DNA of 64,000 nt from Octopus vulgaris (lineage: Eukaryota), in the NCBI GenBank assembly GCA_951406725.2, contig OX597818.1, forward strand, positions 98,332,001 to 98,396,000, read 5' to 3'. The position numbers and the translations under genes were made by a program. Within the stretch, counting starts at the first letter, position 1, and the number at the start of each line of letters is the position of its first letter. The notes beneath the pieces are model-generated. The model made no database searches, was not told where the DNA came from, and worked only from the letters and a program-made list of their open reading frames with translations. Shown piece after piece: positions 13,627 through 24,228 of the stretch.

Positions 13627-14253
13627 CAGGGTGTTGAAAACGTCTCCCCGCAGTAAGTATTTTATTGCAAAATAAATATTTATAAGATGGTATAAGACTA
13701 CAAAATAATGCATAAAACTTCACAGACTTTAAAAAACTTTACAAGAGATGTTGAAAGTGTCGTCCTTCATTTTCAATACATAAAATTTAATTTCTTTTTT
13801 ACTGCCGTGTGAGCACTTCCTAGGCTGATTTCCGTTTCCTGTGACAATTTGCGTAAGAGCTTTGATGGGCTTGCCAACAGTTTATCAGAAATATTAGAGA
13901 AAGTTTCGTCTGAAAGAACGGTAGGCCTACCGTTTCTTGCTACGTCTTCCACTGAACCTGTGTTTCTAAATTTTCTTAACAAATCTCGCTCAGTGTCACA
14001 ATGTGGAGCAACTGTATTTGGAAAAGCTTCCCTGTACCTCTGCTTCGCAGCATCTGTGTATTTGTTTCCAGCTCGAAACACCCATTCAACTAATAACGTA
14101 CGTTCTTTAATGATTAGCATGTCGACACGCTGAAGGGTACATAATGACTGAGGGACAATGGCTGACACCCGGCCGCCCACGCAGTAATAGCCAAGTTGCG
14201 TATGCGCAGGATGAAAAAAAAATTCACTGCGGATAGACTTTTTGAGCACCTTG
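13627..14253 (-). mobile_element. Internally deleted Tc1/mariner-superfamily transposon with ~28-bp TIRs and TA target duplication
   Basis: cagggtgttgaaaacgtctccccgcagt versus revcomp of the right end caaggtgctcaaaaagtctatccgcagt; TA at 13625-6 and 14254-5; C-terminal remnant ENEGRHFQHLL* just downstream of the ORF. Confidence 0.85.
13773..14120 (-). CDS. Transposase N-terminal HTH DNA-binding region (DUF4817-like), 115 aa; catalytic domain deleted
   Basis: MLIIKERTLLVEWVF...KFRNTGSVEDVARNGRP...SPSKLLRKLSQETEISLGSAH is the typical Tc1/mariner paired HTH with GRP motif; lies between the TIRs. Confidence 0.7.
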   Translation of the reverse strand: MLIIKERTLLVEWVFRAGNKYTDAAKQRYREAFPNTVAPHCDTERDLLRKFRNTGSVEDVARNGRPTVLSDETFSNISDKLLASPSKLLRKLSQETEISLGSAHTAVKKKLNFMY

Positions 14254-14404
14254 TACAATACTAGTATTTAACTAGCACTCACGACAGCCGGTGTTCCAGT
14301 TGATCTGATCAACGGAACAGCCTGTTCATGAAATTAACATGCTAGTGGGTGAGTACTCTACTGAAACGCGTACCCTTAACGTAGTTCTCAGAGAGATTCA
14401 GCGT

Positions 14405-14548
14405 GACACATTTTTACCAGCTGAATGAAATGGAGCAACGCGAAATAAAAGTGTCTTGTTCAAAGACATAAGGCACTGCTAAGAATCGAACTCACGACCT
14501 TCCGATCGTGAGCCGAAATATCTCTAACAACTAGATCAGGCGCCTTCC
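14405..14548 (-). mobile_element. SINE family D fragment (tRNA-like head); related copy 39203-39510 (+)
   Basis: Revcomp has gagttcgattc B box followed by gtctttgaacaagacactttt, as in 39203 (gtggttagagcg...gtcgattccc...gttcttgagcaagacattttatttc). Confidence 0.65.
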
Positions 14549-15395
14549 TGCTAGTATCATATTCTTAATACATTAACCCACAAATATTAAATATGAGAAA
14601 TATATTGGAGGTTCATTAGTTGATATATCGTAATATGTAGCTAATAGATTCGATGTTGATTCAGAAATATACCTGTAATACAAGCGCGTGCCATCATTAA
14701 TTGCTCAGGGTAGGCAGTTGGTGACCTTTATCTAGTAAAACACACACAAAATAAGCGAAACACAGGCGCACGACTGAGTTGAAGGCAGATCTATTTTATA
14801 GCCCTTAAAGAAAACGGTATTGTAGAAATGTACGTGTACTACAGCAGTACTATGCGTAGCTTGAATATTGAGATTGAAAAGCAGGGGCAATTTATGCCTA
14901 CCTAATCTACAAAAAGCAAAAAAAAAAAAAAGAAAACATTTTATATTTTATGCATAGTAATCAGACTATTGAAAAGGCTATTGAAAATTTTAGGAAAATA
15001 AAAATATGAAATAAGTGGAAATTTCACCGGTGAGTGCATTACATTATAAGGCACAAAAAGAAAATGACTCTCCCCAGACACAATCTGACTAATTTTATTG
15101 AATTAGGTGCATAATTTTATCGAATTAGGTACATATGTTGCCATGAGAGGAAAATGTTGCAATCGATCTATCTTATCCAAGGTAGGCACTGCCTATCTTG
15201 CCTACCTAGGCGGCACGTCCCTGCTGTAATATGCTGAGGACTGAGGATTAAATGAATAACTTTTTTTTGTTTTACTTGTCTTTTACACGATATGAAAAGT
15301 TAAATCACATGAAACTTTAAATGTAAATATATTTAGACTTGTGACTGTAAGTTAGAGGTAAAATTTTGATTTTCAGGGATATTTATGTATTACCT

Positions 15396-15799
15396 ATTTC
15401 TTTACTACCCACAAGGCGCTAAACACAGAGAGGACAAACAAACGGATTAAGTCGATTATATCGACCCCAGTGCGTAACTGGTACTTATTTAATCGACCTC
15501 GAAAGGATGAAAGGCAAAGTCGACCTCGGCGGAGTTTGAACTCAGAACGTAGCAGCAGACGAAATACGTATTTCTTTTCTACCCACAAGGGGATGAACAC
15601 AGAGAGGACAAACAAGGACAGACAAACGGATTAAGTCGATTATATTGACCCCAGTGCATAACTGGTACTTATTTAATCGACCCTGAAAGGATGAAAGACA
15701 AAGTCGACCTCGGCGGAATTTGAACTCAGAACGTAAAGACAGACAAAATACTGCTAAGTATTTCATCCGGCGTGCTAACGTTTCTGCTAGCTCGACGCC
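15396..15799 (-). mobile_element. SINE A dimer flanked by ~80-nt direct duplication
   Basis: Two SINE A units; flanks 15317-15395 and 15800-15885 are near-identical. Confidence 0.85.
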
Positions 15800-17464
15800 T
15801 TAAATGTAAATATATTTAGACAATGTACTTGTGACTGTAAGTTAGAGGTAAAATTTTGATTTTGAGGGATATTTATGTATTACCTTCAGTGATATACGGG
15901 AATTACGATTTCGAGTAATATTAGCTCGACAAATACGAGAAGAGCTCCACTGGGTGAAATGTCATCTTGAGTTACCACACTAGAAAACGAGTGTGCCAGG
16001 TGTCATAGGATTGTGGTGTTATATCGTTAACAAGATCATAAGGAACAGAAACCTTTGTAGTAACGATAAAAAGACAGAGTAAGGAGACCACATGTCTGTT
16101 TGCATCAGTATAAAAGTATAAACGTAGAATTGGTGAGAAAAGAAATCTTAGAATTAGTACTGAGCTGGTGAACATGTACATATAACATATATGCACGTTG
16201 TGGCACCCGTAAGATGTTTTTGTATGTGTCTGTGCGTGTGTACTATTTTTAACTTGAGTAGGAAGATATATGTACTATATTTAACACTGTGTATGTATGC
16301 GTGTTTATGTATCTAGGTTGGCTTAGTTTATTTAGTGCATGTGCGTATAAATTACTTGATTTGTATGCATTATTATTTCTCTATGTGTATGCTTATCTGT
16401 CTAAGCGTGGGATTACGGTGTGCGTTTTTGTGTTGTGGGTTGTGTTTGTACACATTATACCATTCCTCAAACTGATACTGTCCTTACTGGGTTTCCAAAA
16501 TATTATCTTTAGGATGAATCATTTATCTTCTAGCGTATCTCTGTCTGTCTGTCTCTGTCTCTCTGTCTGTCTGTCTCTGTCTCTGTCTCTGTCTCTCTCT
16601 CTGTCTCTCTCTCTCTCTCTCTCTGTACTCGATAGACTAATATATCTATAAATTTGCACGTCATTGTTGTTATTGTCAAAATCACTCTTCAACAGTATTA
16701 TTGTTGTGTTGCGGTTGCTGGTAGATAGACTGTGTGGAAAATTCAACCAAATTGATGGTAGTCTTTACGTTCGGAGTTCCCATTCTGTTGGAGTTGGCTC
16801 ATCACAGCAATCGCCAAAGAACCATACACAAAATGTTCAAGAGCAACACACTGGGGTGTGTTGGGTGGTCTAAAGTTACTCCTTAGGAAAACTGACCTTG
16901 TTCTTAATCAGAAATATGATCGATATTTTCTGAACAAAAAGAACTAAATAAAGACAGTAATATAAGAGGACTAAAAATAGTAAATACTTGAAATATTTTT
17001 AAGAACAGATAATAGAAATCAAGTATAAAGGTAGAATTTGTGAGAAAAGAAATCTTAGAAATTAATTCAAACCTATACATAAGATTCATAGTTGAAACGG
17101 AGTTAAATGAAAGCAACGGCGTCAAAAGGAGAGGTACAGGGTGCGTACTGCACCGAGTGACACTATGAGCGGGAATGATACCACAGGTGTGTTTGAATGA
17201 AAAGTGACAGAGAAATCGTAAACCTATCGCATTTGTATATTTCTGCTAATAATAAAGTTAAACGTTAAAATCAATATGTTTTTATGTAGATTCTAATTTT
17301 TTTTTTTTTACACTTTGAATTACATTATTTTCTAACCTAATATTCACATGGAAACTCTTTACCTGCCATAATTCTGTTGAAATTACTCTAACTTCGATTC
17401 CTTTAAAATTTAAGATAATGAAGCTCATACTAAATTTTTTTTTGTCACTATTTAAAATGGTGTT

Positions 17465-17855
17465 CTTTTACTCTTTTACTTGTTTCAGTCATTTGACTTC
17501 AGCCATGCTGGAGCACCGCCTTTAGTCGAGCAAATCGACCCCCAGGACTTTGTAAGCCAAGTACTTATTCTATCGGTCTCTTTTACCGAGCTGCTAAGTT
17601 ACGGGGATGTAAACACATCAGCATCGGTTGCCAAGCGATGTTAGGGGGACAAACACAGACACACAAACATATACACACATACATATATATATATACATAT
17701 ACACGACGGGCTTCTTTCAGTTTCCGTCTACAAAATCCGCTCACAAGGCTTTGGTCGGCCCGAGGCTATAGTAGAAGACACTTGCCCAAGGTGCCACGCA
17801 GTGGGACTGAACCTGGAACCATGTAGTTGGTAAGCAAGCTACTTACCACACAGCC
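17465..17855 (-). mobile_element. SINE B, full length
   Basis: Complete head-to-tail match to family B with a short internal (CA/TA) tract. Confidence 0.85.
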
Positions 17856-17961
17856 GGGAATAAATTAACGTAAAATTCTGATGGACTAATTAAATTTAGA
17901 TTGCTTTAAAATAGAAAGTTTGTATCACAAAACCAAAAGTGTTACGGACGGGCCGATAGGA

Positions 17962-18290
17962 AAAGTTAAATCACATGAAGCTTTGAATGTAAATATATTT
18001 AGACAATGCACTTGTGACTGTAAGTTAGAGGTAAAATTTTGATTTTCAGGGATATTTATGTATTACCTTCAGTAATATACGGGAATTACGATTTCGAGTA
18101 ATATTAGCTAGACAGATACGAGAAGAGCTCCACTGGGTGAAATATTATCTGGAGTTACCGCACTAGAAAACGAGTGTGCCAGGTGTCATAGGATTGTAGT
18201 GTTATATCGTTAACAAGATTATAAGGAACAGAAACGTTTGTAGTAACGATAAAAAGACAGAGTAAGGAGACCACACGTCTGTTGCATCAG
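17962..18290 (+). repeat. Local duplicate of 15295-16110 lacking the SINE A insertion (empty site)
   Basis: aaagttaaatcacatgaa...gtattaccttcagt...gcatcag continuous here, interrupted at 15396-15799. Confidence 0.85.
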
Positions 18291-19065
18291 ATAATGAAAT
18301 GTGAGGGCGACTGAGTCTTTGCCAACAACCTAGATGGCTTTATTTCAGATGAGGTCTACGAGGATTGTGACAGACACAGCACGAGAATCCTAGGCGTAAG
18401 AGCAATGGGCCTCAGTTATTCAGAGCTGTATAGGATTGCTATTTCATTGACATGACTTAGTACCATCTGTTTCAGTATAAATCCATATGGCTACTTACAA
18501 AAATAGGTTAAACATTTAATGCGTCAATTCTGCTTCAATACATGGCCATAACAGAAAAGCGTGTCATCGATTCATTGTATCGACAAAAGGCCTTAGATTT
18601 GTACAAAATCTATATTCACTGAATATAACCTAATATATGAATGGGGTGTATTTTTATAAAACTCGAAAGCCTATATGTACAGGATTTGAAATCAAAATGC
18701 AAATGCATTGCAAAAGAACCGCAAAAGATTTTCCCAACAATGTAAAGATTATACTAGTTGACCGCCTTTCAGAGGTGTAAAATTAAGATCACTCGCCAGT
18801 GAGCTATATACATGCTATTTCTTTTATTAATTTGATTTTAATTAAGTTTTCATATTTTATTAATTTAAATCTTTTAGCATGATTTACTATTTCGTTTTCA
18901 TGCAGATCATGTTCAAATTCTTTTCCCGTGTCCTTTTAATTGAACTGTAATCCCATGCAGACCCCCCACACACACACATGTATGTATGTATGTATGTATG
19001 TATGTATGTATGTATGTATGTATGTATGTATGTATGTATGTATACATATAGACATATATGCATAC

Positions 19066-19261
19066 ATGATAGATCGTTAGCTACTACACGCATTTTTTTC
19101 TCTCCTTGTTTCTCTCCTTGTTTTTTTTCTGTGTATCTTTCTGTCGAAGAGCGTAGGTTCGAAACGTAAAATACTTTATCTATTCCTGAGCGCTATACTA
19201 ATACATTTGTTTGTTTGTACTCCACCTGCCTTCGTCTTTTGTTTATTTTCGTAAACTTTCC

Positions 19262-19263
<2 letters not shown>
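19066..19263 (+). mobile_element. ~190-nt microsatellite-flanked repeat containing a minimal type I HHR-like motif (19137-19172)
   Basis: TTT-CTGTCGA-A-GAGC-GTAG-GTTC-GAAAC-GTA-AAA; paralogs at 42463-42650, 63181-63372, 7257-7443, 57850-58050. Confidence 0.7.
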
Positions 19264-19315
<52 letters not shown>

Positions 19316-19372
19316 ACACACACATACACACAAACACACACAAATATATATATATATATATACATATATATA

Positions 19373-19992
19373 AGAGGGAAAAGGACAACGAAAACCAAAG
19401 CAGGACGAGTATTTCAAGTCGTTTAGAATATTTAATTAGAGTAAGGTGAATCTGAGGTAATTAATTAATAACTTAACTTATTAATTAACTATTGGATGTC
19501 TTGCAGCTGTATCTGAGATAGCTCAAGTGATAAGTTAGCATCTCCATACACTGGGTTAGCTAACCACTTGATCTACTCCTTTAGTATAAACGTAACATTC
19601 GAAATACTACCAAAATATAGTCTGGATTTACCTGAGATTATACTTAAGGACCTTCACAGAAGTACGGACCAACTTCCATACTCTCTGGAAGAAGATGAGG
19701 TGTGAACGTTATTCTCCTGTCTGTATTCTTCTATCTATCATTTTATTCCTTTATAAACTGTGAATTCCGTGTCTAGAACTTTCATACATACTCTCATTGT
19801 CTCTGATGAAATACCCAGTGTATGGAGATGCTAACCTATCACGTGGGATGTTCCAGAAACAGCCGTAAGACATCCAATAGTTAATTGATTAGTTAACTAA
19901 TTAATTACCTCAAATTGACATTATTTTAATTAAATATTTAAAATCACTTGAGATACTCGTCCTAACTTGGTTTTTGACGTCCTTTTCCCTCT
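19373..19992. mobile_element. Fold-back element with ~180-bp imperfect inverted arms (Penelope pLTR/retrozyme-like)
   Basis: 19373-19556 is the reverse complement of 19813-19992. Confidence 0.75.
19798..19872 (+). ncRNA. Type I hammerhead ribozyme motif with extended stem II
   Basis: TGTCT-CTGATGA-[AATACCCA...TGGGATGTTCCA]-GAAAC-AGCC-GTA-AGACA; helix I TGTCT/AGACA; predicted cleavage after GTA 19867. Confidence 0.6.
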
Positions 19993-20147
19993 ATTATATA
20001 CCTGTTAATTCGGAGCCCTACTACGGATCCCTAGCTCAAGCCTCAGCTGTGAACATAACGGATGACCAATTCTAGCACTTACACAGCGTACCTATTCGTT
20101 TAGATCACCAGTGTACAAAACCCTTCATATTCTACACACACACACAC

Positions 20148-20189
<42 letters not shown>

Positions 20190-20192
20190 GCA

Positions 20193-20233
<41 letters not shown>

Positions 20234-21065
20234 GTATATATATTTATGGTGGTTGTCTACTCCTTATGCAGAATCTGATCATCTTATGTACCTACAACTT
20301 AAATCCAGCATGGCATCTGAAGTGGCTTTTTAAAGCAGACAACGTATTGAAAAGACACCCACACAGACTGCATATCTGATTTGGACGACCAAGAGCTGCA
20401 GTTAAGTTCTGATCTTTGTGGATCTTAAAATGTCTTTTGAGGCCTCCGTTAGATTTGCAGATCTTATGGTATACACAATATGAAAAGTGTGCACAGATAA
20501 ATAGGCAGAGTAGTTGGTGGAGGTTCGTTTTTCATGGGTCTGCAAATGAAAATTGAGCCCAGCAAAAGAAAGGTACATATATTTATTAGTGTATGCATAT
20601 GTATACATATTTACAGATATACACATATGTATGTGCATATATATTATTTATGCATTATATATTCTAAGAAAGTTAGAGGTTGTGAATCCAACCAACTGAG
20701 GGATAATATCTATCCAATATAATGCTGGTAGAATACCCAATTATTAATACACAAGTGTTTTTTATTGCATTGCAATTACATTACCGAGTGAACTAAATGG
20801 GTAAAAGTAAAGAGATATTTTACCATTAATTTAGTGAGCAATAAGAAAATGGAGAGGAATAATAGGTGGTTCATCAACTTTTATTCCTGTATGTTATATT
20901 CTAATAATTACTGGTGTATTTTATATACATATTTTATATGTAAAGCATATGTTATACATGTATGTATATTCTTGTAATTGTCAGTTTAGTAAATAAATAA
21001 GTTGACATAATATAATGTCTAAAAGTTGATGCACCACCTATTGATCCCCTCCATTTTCTTATTGA

Positions 21066-21125
<60 letters not shown>

Positions 21126-21893
21126 TCAATATATATATATTAATCAATATAAGTATAAGTACATATATTATACATATATACATATAAGCATGTGTACATA
21201 TTATATGTATATGCATTCATATATAATTAAGATTCAGTTGAATTAGATACATGAATTGGGGCACCTTGCTAGGTCGGCATAATCCGCACACCCAATTAAT
21301 ATTAATTGAAAATTGAATATCAGGACTCCGTGCAGTGGTATTTGTACCTGATATTGTTGCCGTGTGGGCAGACAACGCAATCCAGCTAAGTGAAGATACC
21401 CGCTCTTGGTAATTCGGATATGTACTTTTATAAAGGTGCTTTCTATAGTATTTCCGAAGTGCAGATTCCCAGTTGGGTGAACGGAATATAAATGTGTAAC
21501 AAAGATGTATAAGTTTCAAGCGGCTCCTTTAATTGATTAATGAAAACATTACATCAATTTGTAATATTTTCATTAATCAATTAAAGGAGTCACCTGAAAC
21601 GGCCGAAATTGCTGGCCTTGTGTCAAGATTTCAAACCAATATTATCTATACATATCATCTATATAACATATTCTAACTTTGTATATACGTTTTATATATT
21701 CATATGTGTGTGTATTTGTATGTGTGCTTGTGTGTATGTGTGTGTGTGTGTGTGGGTGTGTGTGTGTGTGTGAACATAAAACTTGGAAGTCCCTTTATAT
21801 ACTCCTACTCTACCTTGGAATGGACTAAAATCAGGTGATTAGTCGAAACATTTGACCGTTGGTTTTAAGAAATATATAGGCAGGCATAAATAC

Positions 21894-22141
<248 letters not shown>

Positions 22142-22243
22142 GTATATATATATACATGTGTATATATACAAGCACATATTTAATATACACATATACATAA
22201 TATATATAATATAATATAATATATATATACACATATATATATA

Positions 22244-22281
<38 letters not shown>

Positions 22282-22835
22282 CGAGGGTGAGTCAAAAAGT
22301 AATGCCATTTTGTTTAGGACAGGTATACTTACCACCATAGAAACATATATCATATATCAAAATGAAGCTGGTCCTCTGTGGATCACGTCTTCACTTCTCA
22401 ACATAGCCACCGTTTCTCTCTTTTGTAATGTTCCACCTTCGAATGCGAGCATGTATCCTATCCCTGCCCCGTTCTTTGAGCCACTTCTTCATAACAGTTT
22501 TCACTTCCTCGTCACTGGACTATCACCGTCACTGGACTATCATCTCTTCGACCCCATGAAAGAAGCTTTGAGAGGCAAACATTATTCCAGCGACGAGGTA
22601 GTGAAAATTGTTGTGAAGAAGTGGCTCAAAGAAAAGTTAACAGAATTTTACGGGACACGGATACATGCTCTTATTCGAAGGTGGAACATTGCTATTGAGA
22701 GAAACGGTGACTATGTTGAGAAGTAGGGATGTGATCCACAGACGACCAGCTTCATTTTGATGTATGATACATGTTCCGGTGTTGGTAATTATACCTGTCC
22801 TAAACAAAGTGGCATTACTTTTTGACTCGCCCTCG
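22282..22835. mobile_element. Non-autonomous mariner derivative made of two inverted 3' ends
   Basis: TA-cgagggtgagtcaaaaagtaatgcca...tggcattactttttgactcgccctcg-TA; + strand encodes mariner C-terminus SLDYHLFDPMKEALRGKHY...LIRRWNIAIERNGDYVEK*. Confidence 0.85.
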
Positions 22836-22880
22836 TATAATACTAATATAGATATAGATATACATACATACATACATACA

Positions 22881-22992
<112 letters not shown>

Positions 22993-23476
22993 TATACATA
23001 CATATAGGCGTAGCTGTGTGGTAAGTAGCTTGCTTACCAACCACATGCGTGGCACCTTGTGAGTGGATTTGGTAGACGGAAACTGAAAGAAACCCGTCGT
23101 ATATGTGTATATATATACGTGTGTGTGTGTGTGTGTGTATGCGTGTGTGTGTGTGTGTACGTTTGTGTGTCTGTGTTTGTCTTGCCAATGTCGCTTGACA
23201 ACAGATGCTGCTGTGTTACGTCCCCGTAACTTAGCGGTTCGGCAAAAAAGGTGGATAGAATAAGTACTAGGGTTACAAAAAATAAGTCCCGGGGTCGATT
23301 TGCTCGACTAAAAGGCGGTGGTCCAGCATGGCCACAGTCAAATGACTGAAACAAGTAAAAGAGTAAAAAGAGTAAAAGAGTAATATATTATATATAATAC
23401 TAATGTAGATATACATACATATGTATATATACACGTATATATATATATATGTATTATATATAAGTTTCTCTCTCTT

Positions 23477-23512
<36 letters not shown>

Positions 23513-24161
23513 GATATGTGTGTGTGTGTGCGTGTGTGTATAACATATTATGTATGCATATACATAAATATACACTACACATACGCACACACACGCACAC
23601 ACACACATGTATGCACACTCTCAGAAAGAGAGAGATACAAAAGAAAGGCAAAAGAGCAGTAAATTGGTGTTCGTAATTTTTTACTCTGTTCATACGTGCG
23701 TATGCCAATGTGTCTGTGATTGAAAAATAGAATACGTACCTCTTTATGTGAAAGGTTATGTCAGTGCGAGTTCACACCTGCTTCAGGTATTGTAATTTAA
23801 TAGTTTTGTTATTATGTATTTATATATAACGACGGAAAAAGCGCCGAGTTCATACCGCTCTTCTTCTTTTTTTTTTTTTTTTCACTAGGTATGTCTATGT
23901 GGTTAATAAGTTCGCGTTGCACTCACAAGGCTACGGGCTCGATCCCTTTGTCAAGGTTTTTCTCCATTAGCTCCGGTTAGAACCGATGCCTTGTGACTCA
24001 ATTTAGTAAATATAAAACTGTGTGGAAGCCCGTCATGTGTAAGTATGAATATATGTCTACGTATGCACACACATAAGTATGTATGTATGTATGTATGTAT
24101 GTATGTATCTATGTATATATACATACATATATATATTTATATGTATATATATATATATGTG

Positions 24162-24228
<67 letters not shown>

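Noticed and set aside
21217-21519. 100-aa ORF as Penelope GIY-YIG C-terminus
   Set aside because: Only a weak IESTFIK-like resemblance in another frame; cannot be supported without a profile search. No autonomous Penelope RT is visible in the window.
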